From: Pavona decussata
Lineage: Eukaryota
Assembly (NCBI GenBank): GCA_977016875.1
Contig: CDRNST010000175.1
Span: 1,488,001-1,552,000 of the forward strand
Reading direction: 5' to 3'
DNA: 64,000 nt
Under the pieces are notes generated by a model, which was not told where the DNA came from, did no database searches, and was given only the letters and a program-made list of their open reading frames with translations. This document shows, piece by piece, positions 12,271 through 22,620 of the stretch. Each line of letters opens with the position of its first letter. Position 1 is the first letter of the stretch. A program made the position numbers and the translations under genes.

Positions 12271-13594
12271 GATAAAGAAAGTTATGAATCCTACTTTATT
12301 TCATATCACATACATGTACATAATTTAATTAAACAATATACATGCATCCAAAGGTACGAGTTTTTGCTTTTGGTCTAAAGATGCATATTAATACGTATGG
12401 AATTAAATTAATATTATTGTTTGTCCTAAACTTGCTTGCAATGTCATGGCAAGCTAGAGGCTCGATTTTAGTGCTAAAGCGGATTTGAAAGCTGCGTTCA
12501 TGTAATATTTGTGATGATTATAATTAAGTTACGTGTCAACTCCTATTGTTTCGGACGAAGGCTCAAGTTTACAAAGAGAGCTTGAAACATGTTCTACTGT
12601 GGTCAACACATGTAATTTTAATTAGATTTCTTTCATCCCTTTGCGTAATTTCAGGTGCTCAACAAGGTGAGAAAAACTTTTGGTCAATTGAAGTCACGTT
12701 GAAAGTACAAGTCATTTGTTCGTGTAACCTATAATACAATGTTTTCGTTTGACGGTCAAAAACTAGTGAAAACCGTCACAAAATTTCATAAAGCGCTCAA
12801 TTTCCTGGTGGATATGGAGTATCATGACATAATTTCTTATCAATACATTGGTAAAGTCAATAGCTCTACTGCACAATTTTTCAAAAATATTTTATTATTT
12901 TACATCAAAATAGTTTCTAAGAAAACGTTCACTAATCTCGCAAATCTCTGTCGTCTTACATTTTTAAATAACCTAAATATGGATGCAGGAGTATTTTCCT
13001 TCCTTGCACAGGCGAAGTGACAAGGCAGAACTTGACGGTGAAAATTTTCCCTTCATTTTAATTGCAGTCGAGTAAGCTGGCTTCCTTTTTCTGCACTTTT
13101 TTTACTTATCACATTAATATGCAAGGTAGAACTGGTTTTTCCTTGTGTTGAAGAGTTTTGATTTTTTGTGAGATCATCACGGCGCTACTATAGAAGAAAG
13201 AAAATGCCCTTGAAAAATGCCCTTTGGACAACGGCTCAAGCTAAATTAAATCATTTATGCTAATAATTTACTCAGGATTGTAAAAAGGTCAGCCAGTTTA
13301 GGACGTTTTTCCTGGATTTGAACTCTGACATTTCTCGGCGATTTCCTTCAGGGCTGGTGGAATTTCAAACTTTGCCTTTTTGAATAAACGAAGGACAAGA
13401 AAGCCAAAGGAAAACACATCACCGGTGCGATGTGCAGAAATTTTTTCATGGCTTTCTCAATGTTGTCCTTCGGTTTTCGTAACCTGGCTTTAACGATCTT
13501 GTGGCTCTTTTCAAAATCGATTATAACTGGCTTGTTCTCCGCCCCGTCAATAACTACATTGTTGGCTTTTAGGTCGTTATGCATAAATCATCTT

Positions 13595-16500
13595 CAGGGT
13601 CCGACAAATATTTTTGGCAAAACCTGTCCCTGGGCAAGAGGCATGTCAAAATCACTTGCCCAGCAGAATGAGCTAGTTGTCCCAGTTAATAATGGTAGAG
13701 GACAAGCGATTCATGGAACTGTAGCAAAATCAATTCACGTTATAGTTTAGGAGCCATAATAACAATAACAACTTAAGTTAAGGACTTACATTAAATAACA
13801 TTAACAATGCATCTGAGTGATGTTATGAATAAACTGCAATCACAGAACTTGAAGCTGTCTTATATTTCTACTAAAGTCTCACTAACATTTACAGAGGATT
13901 GCTTTGGGACCACAATGCGAGATTATTGGTAACGGCAACATCGCAAAAGGTGACTTAATTTAAAGCTCAACTGGATTACAACATCCTGTGTACATGCCAC
14001 ATACAAGTTGTCTGCAAGTACAGTTGTGGATACGTCAAGACATAATTAAATATATGTAACGTTAAAATTTATTGACTGGCAGTCCTCAGTCAAACTGGTG
14101 AAGTTACCGACAGAACCAACATAATTTGTGATATTCATCAACGCAACATAAATTAATTGTACACACTTGCAAAAACTGGCATTGATAATGCCAACAATGC
14201 AAAACGCTTATGTGTTTTAATCAAAGTCATTGTACTTTTTCAGATTAAACGATTTCTTCGTCAGCTGACTCAGATGCTGAATCCACTTTAATAGGTAGAA
14301 CATTTTCTGGAGCCCTTTCAGGACCAGGCAGGGAAACAGTTACTGTTAGATTTTGCGACTGACAACATGAGGATGTAGCTGTAGCAGTTTCTGCAGGTCG
14401 AGGAGGAACTCGGGGGACTGGCATCTTGTGGCCAGCAGTATTTCTGCCACCAGGTCCGCTGGTGAACCATTTGTTTATAGCCTCTCCAGGATCAAAGTCA
14501 TCATCCGAAGGACCATCACAATTTATTTTCATCAAAGCTTGTAGAGAATCATCTGAAAGTCGATTACGCAAGGATGTTTTTATCCTGTTCATGGATGAAA
14601 ATTGGCGCTCACACTCTGCTGTACTTGGGCTCAGTGTGAGCATCACGTCCACCAACACAAGAATGTTCTGAAATCGGGCTGGGCGATCTCTTAGCCAATC
14701 CCCAAAAGCCTGCAGCAGTGGAAGTCCACGGAAATGTACAACATAGGTCTTCAGTGCCACCCATTCTTGGGATATTTTATTGCATTCTTCTTCTGACAAC
14801 TGCTCCTTAAAATGGTCAACTATTCTTTGAACCTCATTCCCACCAAAAGTTGCCAACTGTTCTTGCTCGTGTGGCCAGAACTTGAAGTTGAAGTTGAAGT
14901 AAACAAGAGGAGCTTCGATAAAGTTCTCAAATTGCGAGTTGAGGTATGTGATTGCATGTTCCAGCAGTTTCTGCATGTGACTGTCTTCTTTGTACGATGG
15001 AGGGGCCGCACCAGTAAGTTAAACTTTCTGGCTACCAAATTCCTTAGAAGCAGTGAGACTCTCATAGAATACTTTACTGTTCTTTCCCATGTGCTGTTTC
15101 AAGCTAGTAAGCTTCATTGTGGCTTCGTGTATGATATCTGGAACTTCAGGAATTGTAAGCTTCTCACGCTGGAAGATTTTAGAGGTTTCTGTGATAACAT
15201 CCAGCAAATCAAGTATAAAATGAAGCATCTTAACGAAACGTATAGTGGTGATCTCCTTGTGAACACTGGATGCCTTTTCTTTAGTTGTAGCATCCTGTGA
15301 TGCTCTACCAGCAGCATCTGCTGTGTGCATAACAGTTGAAGCAAAGTTTTTCTTGACTGCCACTAAAGCACGAGATTTGCTTGCTACCCACCTGATAGCT
15401 TTGACAGAAGAATAATTTGTGAGCATGGTGGATAAAAGATCTGCCATCTCAGCTAACTCACGACCTCGCTTTGGGGAAAAATGATAAAAATTGAATATGC
15501 TCTTGATGGTTGCCTCAAAAGTTTGGATATTGGGTATGGACTTTATTAAATCTACCACTGACCGTTCAAGTTTGTGTGCAACACAGTGGATTACAATGAT
15601 AGCTGGAAAATCTTTTTGTAAGAGTGCCCTAACACCAGATGTCGCACCCATCATGACAGAGGCCTCATCAAAGTTTGCTCCAATCAGAGAGGCGCCATGA
15701 TTTCCCTTCACGGCATTTATTCCTTGTTTCACTGCCTCGTACACCCCTGTTGCTTTTCCACTTTCTAGTGGCACAATCTTGGCTAACTCTGTGACCGGTT
15801 CTCCCTTATGGATGTACCTCACATACTGTTTCTTGCTCAACAACTGACCCATGGCCATCTGTGGAGCCATCTGCAACGACGGTCATAAACCTTGCACAAC
15901 ATATCTTGAAACTAACTCCATCAAGTAGTTGGTCAGCTATAGCTAGGACAAAGTCTTTACAACGCTGCTCATTCAAATAGTTTTCACGAAGATCGACACT
16001 ATTCTTCTTCTGCAGTTTTGTGAACCATTCAAAGTGACTGAAAGAGGGCAATGTTTTTATCAGCCAGAGACTGAATTGCAGTTTTTAAATTATTAAGTTT
16101 ATAACATTAACGTAGTAGAAGTCATAGTTCATGAAGAAAATAAATTTGAATTTTGTTTGTTGCAGTACAGGGATTTTATGAAGGGGGGGATTCAAATTTA
16201 ATTTTCTTACCTAAATAGGCGACAATTTTTGGCCCATTGCGTACGCAGTGTTGAAAAGACTTTTGAACTTTTGATGTTGTTCCTTTTGCGAACGAACAAC
16301 AGCTCTACCAATTGGCGTATTCTTTAGGGGTATGTTCATACGGTCATTTCTCATCACACAGGCAACGTGATTCGCACTCTTGGCATGGGCGTAAAGGGGC
16401 TCCTTTCTAAATTTCGTCGCTTCCTATTACCAGTGAGCTCTTTGGGCTCTTTGGCCACGCACAGCATATTTTACACTTCATGACACTGTGTGTTGTGTTC

Positions 16501-17018
16501 ATTGTCAGCCACAAAAACTCTTCCAACCATCTCGGTTGGAACACTCGTCTGCGTTTCTTTGTATCGTATTCCTTGTTGTATTCCTTTCGCATTTGGCTTT
16601 GTCGTACTTGGAGTACAAACAGTGTCGCAGGATTTCCTGACAAACTTATCCATAAATTATAATCAACCGTAACTTGAACTTTGATCCACGATATGGCAGA
16701 AAACATGTTATAAGGGGTTTAGCAGCCAGGCCTTCAGAGGTTTACGCGGGAACGTACTGGATATGAAACTCACGAAGAGATGTAAAATGGCGATCGAAAA
16801 GTAAAAAAAAAGTGATACGTGTTTATTGCATTTCGAAAGGCTTTGATGGCAATTACTCAAGGTAAACGTTTAATACTTAGATATCTATAATTTATTGCGC
16901 GGAATTGCTCGTAAGTCAAATGCTACGGCCTGGCGGGCTTTTTCTAGAAATAAAACACTTGCCCGGTGTTCTTTTCAACTTGTCCCGGGCGTCCGGGCCT
17001 AATATTTGTCGGATCATG
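13595..17018 (-). mobile_element. hAT DNA transposon (ZNF862-like transposase, hAT5-type 5-bp TSD), transposase frameshifted
   Basis: TIRs cagggtccgacaaatatt / catgatccgacaaatatt (16/18); flanks atctt / ctctt. TTF-type Zn-finger N-terminus (FQPRWLEEFLWL..MKCKIC), ADGSTD, FD.ASVM.G, HCVAHKL, RW, and dimerization motif STAECERQFSSMNRIKTSLRNRL. Confidence 0.9.
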
Positions 17019-17084
17019 CTCTTGCATGGATGTGCATCAATAGGGAACTTAAGCACCGACGACGAAACGAGAGGACGACGACGG

Positions 17085-17125
17085 CCGGAAGTCGAATTCT
17101 CACATTTGGGCGTACTGCGCATGTC
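17085..17125 (+). promoter_or_regulatory. Putative promoter module: ETS-type CCGGAAGT, 20-nt spacer, NRF1-like TACTGCGCATGTC
   Basis: Same motifs, spacing and distance from the terminus recur at 33255-33295 (minus) in the second element. Confidence 0.55.
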
Positions 17126-17363
17126 TTTGTTTGAGATTTCGTCGTCCACGTTGCGTCCACGACGGAATTTTTCCAGGAAAGCCGTTCTCTTGAAAACGTA
17201 AGTAGAAGTAGCGTCGTTAGGACTATGTTCAAAGGATTTTGATCTATTTTCACGAAGCTTGGTACCTGCTAAGGTTTTAGATTGCGAGTGGATCGCATTG
17301 GATGAATTTTTTTGCTTCTTTTGCAGGCATATTTCACAAGTATTTATTGAAACTCTTCTCAAT

Positions 17364-18261
17364 ATGGCCGCCTCCCTTTTGCCAGAGGAAGAAACCGAGA
17401 AAACGTAAGCTACAAACAGCTATGTATTTTGGTAGATTTTTCTTTTCGATACAGTGACAGCTTAATACATTTTTCGACCAACTTGGAACTTATTTGTTGT
17501 TTTTTATTGCATCTAGAAGCAAGTACTTCCAGTGGACGACAGATCATGATGTTATTATGTGTAGGGAAGTGCTCGTGAGCGAACCCTACAAATTCAAGCT
17601 AAGAACCCCTGAAAGAGGACAAGCCTGGGAATCCTTAGCTCAGCAGCTCAACAGTATTCATCAGCCGAAGTTCAGAGTAACCGCCAGATCCGTGCGTGAT
17701 CGGTTTTCACTGCTGTCGACAAAGTATGCACAAAAATTAAGAATGGAGGAGAGAGCTTCAGGTATCGAAGTGGAACACACAGAGCTAGAGAAACTGATAG
17801 ATGAAATCTTAGAGCGAGAGAAGGACGCAAAGAGGGAACTAGACTCAAAAGACCGTGAAAAGAAGAGTAAGGCCGACAAGGAAAAGGCTACAGCTGAACA
17901 AGTCAGGAAGCAAGCAATGGAGAGAATGGTTAAGCGAACAGGTGATGACCAGGAGAACAAACAAAGGAAGCCAAAGATCAGGCGAAGCACTGTTGATGCT
18001 ATAGATTACTTGAGAGAGAGATCAGAAAATGAGAGGGAGTATAAAAAAGAAGAATTAGAGATCAAGAAGAGAGAACTTGCTGTGCAAGCTGAAAAGCAAG
18101 ATCAAGCTCAAAAGCAACAACAGGCTATGTTTTCAGCATTAATGGCTCAAATTCAGCAGCAACAACAGCAACAGCAGAATGTGCAAGCAATGCTAGCAGC
18201 ACAACAGCAGCAGCAAACCAAGCTTCTGATGGCATTCATGGAGAATAACAAGAAACAGTGA
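17364..18261 (+). CDS. Myb/SANT-like DNA-binding accessory protein of Pangu element 1 (exons 17364-17404, 17517-18261; 261 aa)
   Basis: GT-AG phase-2 intron joins [14 protein letters not shown] to [11 protein letters not shown]...RGQAWESLA...SVRDRF...ASG, followed by a charged coiled coil and a Gln-rich tail; no stops. Confidence 0.85.
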
Positions 18262-18632
18262 ACTTGTTAAGCTTAGTTCAAGACTGTGAGTAATACTCTC
18301 TCATAAGATCAGTTTAAAAGCAATTTGCAGTTGAATTTGTTATGAACCCTCCCAGTTACTAGAGGTGTCTCTTAAGTTTTACATTTTACATTTGAATTGT
18401 TATAGAACTGAACCAGAAAAATGGTTGTTGCACGGTGTAGTGTAACCAGTGTAGAATTTAATGTTTTCATGGCTTCTAAACTTCACACAAATGTCAGCCG
18501 TACTTCCTATTGCTTATTTTGCAATTCTCTAGTGCATGCAGATTGTTGTGTTTTGAGTTTTTCATGAATAAACTGTGTTTATTATATTTGGAATGGTTGT
18601 GTTTGTGCTTTTTATTCAGTTATTAACCTTAA

Positions 18633-18833
18633 CCCTTTGAGCCCTAATTTCAAAGAACAAATTCTCCTATCTTGTCCTCATACTTTTCTTATAAAAGTAC
18701 TAGGGAAAAGTTATTAAAATACGAAAATTAACCTTGGGTGATCAGATCCTTAACTCTCATGACCTCAGGGGTTGAATAAGCATTGATATTACAAGGAGAA
18801 ATTTGATACGGATTACTGTTAGGGCTTAAAGGG
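18633..18833. mobile_element. piggyBac-type MITE inside Pangu element 1
   Basis: TTAA on both sides; TIR ccctttgagccctaa / ccctttaagccctaa (14/15). Confidence 0.85.
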
Positions 18834-19018
18834 TTAATTAAGTAAAAAAGGAGAAAGAAGATTCTTTAATGGATTTTTCAGTTCTGTTTTATTTTTACTC
18901 TCTAGTAATCAGTCAACCATCACTTCATAAGCATTTTTCTGAACTGCATGTACGTTTGGCTGCACAGCTTTCATATATAAGATATTACAAGCCACAAGTC
19001 GTTGGAACCTGTTCACTC

Positions 19019-20562
19019 CTAAGCAAAATAGTCTTCAAGTCTTGGTGGTCTGAGATCAAAATAAGTTGAAGTCAGGTTTCCATAGAAACATGTCAATGCA
19101 TTTCGAAGTATGACAGAAACCACATACATTTTCCCAACATTGTTTAAAAAGATTTTCAAATTTTTTTTGAAGTCGTTAAATTTAAAAGAGTTAATAATGT
19201 CACCAAATAGCCATTCGACCGAGCTCCTAACAGCACTCATTTTGCCATTGTATTCCTCCATTTGAGGAGTTAGAACACCATACTTGAAAGGGCCTTGAAG
19301 GTGTATCCTTAGTGGATAACCCGGGTCACCGTACACACAGAGTGGCTGGCCTGCTGGATTAAACGCAAACTGCTCCAAGTCATGAAGCAGCCCTGAGTCA
19401 GCTAGCATGCCTGCGTCATGCTTCCTTCCTTCTAAAACACACACACCAAAAAACATTATTATTAGCTAATTGATAAAATAATTTATAAATAGGAGCTGCA
19501 TTCATGTATATTTTAGTTAGGAAGGAACTGGACAAGGATTAGGGTTTGAGAGTGACTTCATGCACCACATTTTATCACCCATAGGGAGCGAAAATGTCAA
19601 CCACTTTCCTGAGGGTAGGGTGCGGGTGGGGGGCGTGGGGCTTACGTAGGGGAGTATTGGGGACTTGTGGAATGTTTGTGCCCTAGAGGTGGGAGGCTTC
19701 ATAAGATTTTTAATGGAAATAACTTAAAAAGCAACAGGAGCATGCCTTAAAGCATTGCCTCACATCTGGGTGAAGAGTGAAAGGTAAGTGAGGACCCCAC
19801 ATGACAGTTGTTTAATAAACAAAGTAACAAGTACCCTTTGTAAGACACTACCCAGAACAGTCTGTCAATATTTTGTACTTCTTAATTATTTTATAACTTA
19901 CCAATTGGACCATATAAGTTTGCTATCAAACCATTTGGTAGAGCCACGCTTTGAAACTTAAGGGCGTGAACCCGCTTGTGGCCATTGTAAAGAATTCGTT
20001 GGTGCTCTCCAGGCCGTGAAATGGGTCTAACGGTGCCATCTATGAACCCAAAACAGTTGTCCAAGGGAGCTCCCTTAGCTGTTATAGCATCAACGTAGGT
20101 CTGGAGGTTTGCAGGACTAAGAATTTCATGATTCCAGTGCAGTACCTTGTGTCCATGGGTATTGTAAATGTAGTCAAGCATTTGGTTGGTAATCATACTT
20201 AGAACTGGTACAGGTTTAGCAAATCTGTGAATCATATCGCCATACCTACAAGGGTACGACATTCGCTTGAGCAGCATGCATAGGCCTTCAATGCCGTCAC
20301 AAACGGAGCGTTGCTCACAGATTATGGTGTCTGGAATCCGTAGAACCTCTGCCAATGCTCGCACGTCTCGTTTGCGAAAACGAAACTCTGCTACACTTTC
20401 AGATTCATCGATCTCGTCAAGGTCAAAAGGTGCATAAACATCGTACGGAAAATCAGGGTCTCTCGAAGAATAAAGATCATGAAGTATAATAAATTCTTCA
20501 TCATCAATTAAGCCATCATCGTGGCTGATTGCAAGCAAATTGCGAAAGTCTTTGAACGCCAT
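19019..20562 (-). CDS. Harbinger-family (DDE_Tnp_4/HARBI1-like) transposase (exons 20562-19902, 19431-19019; 357 aa)
   Basis: MAFKDFR...FRFRKRD...GFIDGTVRPISRP...YNGHKRVHALKFQ...GPI|EGRKHDAGML...YGDPGY...RSSVEWLFG. D-D-E triad present; GT-AG phase-1 intron; spliced ORF open. Confidence 0.92.
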
Positions 20563-20629
20563 AGACAAGCCAAAACTATCGTGAGTGGAAGTGCCGTTGA
20601 CTCTCCGAAAGGTCGTCTGCTTAACTTTC

Positions 20630-20645
20630 AGTTTTCCCGCCGAAA
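20630..20645 (-). promoter_or_regulatory. E2F-type site (TTTCGGCGGGAAAA) upstream of the transposase
   Basis: Matches TTTTGGCGGGAAA at 25122-25134 in the second element, at a near-identical offset from the terminus. Confidence 0.5.
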
Positions 20646-21300
20646 ACGAAACCCTTGGTCCAGTCCTTCTCGGGTATGAAGCGTCGTCGTCGTCCAATTC
20701 GTCGTCGGTGCTTAAGTTCCCTAATACCTCACATGTTTGCTTTAATATATTTGTGCACTTGACAACATCTTGAATAACGCCTTCTGAAGCAGCTTTCAAA
20801 AGTGTTACACTTTGACTGTCCAAAGGGTGGAACTGTAGAACCAAATAATGTGGTGCCTGCTCAGTGCACAAGCCAAAGAGATGTGGGATTCCCCAGTGGT
20901 CTCCAATACCTGTAATTGCTGCTTCTTCACGAAGCACTTCTCTTTTTTCTGATTTGATGAATCCATTCCTTTTATCTCTTTGGCAACGACTCTGAATTCA
21001 TTGCGATCCAATTTATTGGGTTTTGTGCACTTTCAATAAAGCCCTATGGATTTCTTTAAAAGCAGGAGCCTCTGTTTTCGTGACTGTACTCGTTTCTCCA
21101 GAGCAAACATCGATACGTTTCCGCGGAATTTTTGCGGCCAACATGATCTCCTCTTCCAATTGACTTATCCGCTCGGACTTTAAATTCGATAAGGTTACCG
21201 AATACTTGCTTCTCGACAAAGTATTGGCCACTGGCGATGGATTGTTCGATTTGATGGGTTTCTTTTTTTTGGCTATGGTTCTAGCACTTCCCTTGCGTCT

Positions 21301-21435
21301 GGTTCATGAGTCTTCTCATTCTTCTCTCTCCCTTTTGGCACCTCCACTATTTGTGGGCCACGAGTCTTCTCATTCTTCTCTCTCCCTTCTGGCACCTCCA
21401 CTATTTCTGGTCCACAAGTCTTCTCATTTTCTTCG
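21301..21435. repeat. 54-bp tandem repeat (2.5 copies) in the kinase N-terminal region
   Basis: Units start at 21301, 21355 and 21409 (...agtcttctcatt...). Confidence 0.85.
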
Positions 21436-21889
21436 CCTTCACATTTTCTCCTCTTCCACGCTTTTCTCTGTTTCTATTCTCTTTTATCGAATGCGCTCTT
21501 GAATGGTAATTTCCACCCCTAACTCACTCTCCTTTTTTGCGAAGCTCCTCTCGCTCGTTTGAATCTACTGATGGTTTATTCACACGTCACAGGAAAAGGA
21601 TTCTATTTAAAGTAGCATGTGAACTCTAAACAAAGATCATCGTTCTTGACCTCCATTTAACCCAAATATCAAAATACAAATTCCTTTTTCGTGTCCCTAT
21701 ACGTCTCCCTGAAAAATAGTTAGGAGAACTTGTTTGATATCAAGCGTTGTGTGATCATGTCCTTAATTCTCATAACCTATGTAATTGACAAGGTGTTAAA
21801 CGGAGATCACACGTGAAGATTTTCTTTTTTACAACGGTAGGGTTTAAACAAGTCCTTTGGTGGTGAAAGAGACATGGATTTGCGCTTTA

Positions 21890-22147
21890 CCTTTTCACAG
21901 AAATGTTGTTTGTGTACTGCAAAGTTTAAAACTTTCATCCTGATTCAAAAGCATGTGGAACGAAAGCACACGCGGGAAGCTAATCGAGCCGTGAATGTGG
22001 TATTCTTAGACAACGAGGAGAACGAGATTGTAGTGCCCAATATTAAAACTATCAAATGGAGATCGCAAGATTTTAAGACAGGATATCTGTCATGGCTGGC
22101 AGGGTTGATGGAGCAGATCAACGCTTCCCTGAATCCTCGTTTACGCG
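21890..22147 (+). pseudogene. Orphan exon with C2H2 zinc finger, head-to-head with the kinase
   Basis: ag|KCCLCTAKFKTFILIQKHVERKH...YLSWLAGLMEQINASLNPRLR|gtaag; neighbouring exons not found. Confidence 0.5.
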
Positions 22148-22199
22148 GTAAGTAGCGGATTAAGAACTAAGTGAATGAATTTCCCTCGTTTGATTACGG

Positions 22200-22620
22200 C
22201 CAGTGTGCGAGTCATGGTGGGACTTGCTGATTGAAGTGCTTGAACCGCGGCCGTGGCTGCTTCATTCTGCTTTATCTCCCTGGCAACGGCAGCAACGGAT
22301 TCCTGTACCAGGCGACGAAGACTATTTAACTGACCCTCCGTAAAGTTATTGTCATTTGCTGCATGGTCCAGGCGCGCTGTCTTAGCGTTGGAATTTTGTC
22401 TACATTGTGCCGACTGATTCAGTGTTCTGTCGTCGGTTTGTGCGGGGATAACAAAGGCGGAACCATTTAAGCGACTCAAAAGAGTGTTCCTATTTCCCGT
22501 GGAAAGAAGCTTTTTCTCTCTGCAAAGGTAATGAAGTTCTGGAAGGTCAAAGCATCCAGTACCGAGGGATCGACCCTAGCAGGATTGTTTGCGAGAGACC
22601 GTCGAGTTGGCATCATAACT
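22200..22620 (-). pseudogene. Possible DIRS/Ngaro gag-like N-terminal fragment
   Basis: MPTRRSLANNPARVDPSVLD.L...GTL.SRL followed by a low-complexity Ala/Gln helix; frameshifted; similarity by recollection only. Confidence 0.25.

Larger units (their letters stand above)
17042..20722. mobile_element. Pangu-type PHIS/Harbinger DNA transposon, apparently intact and autonomous (3681 bp)
   Basis: Perfect 25-bp TIR agggaacttaagcaccgacgacgaa; AAT TSD (17039-17041, 20723-20725); two convergent spliced genes. Confidence 0.93.
13255..21560 (-). pseudogene. Ser/Thr protein kinase pseudogene split by two DNA transposons
   Basis: Removing 13595-17018 and 17042-20722 with their TSDs gives VVAKEIK...VLREEAAI...HWGIPHLFG...TCEVLMHIHARGFMHNDLKANNVVID...IIDFEKS...HIAP...DVFSFG...RPKL...LA*. 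Additional deletions and frameshifts are present. Confidence 0.85.

Noticed and set aside
19891-20937. 348-aa ORF that looks like a kinase-transposase fusion
   Set aside because: It reads from the kinase through the TSD and TIR into the transposase 5' UTR by chance frame match. The kinase upstream is frameshifted and deleted, and the transposase has its own ATG at 20562 matching the paralog.
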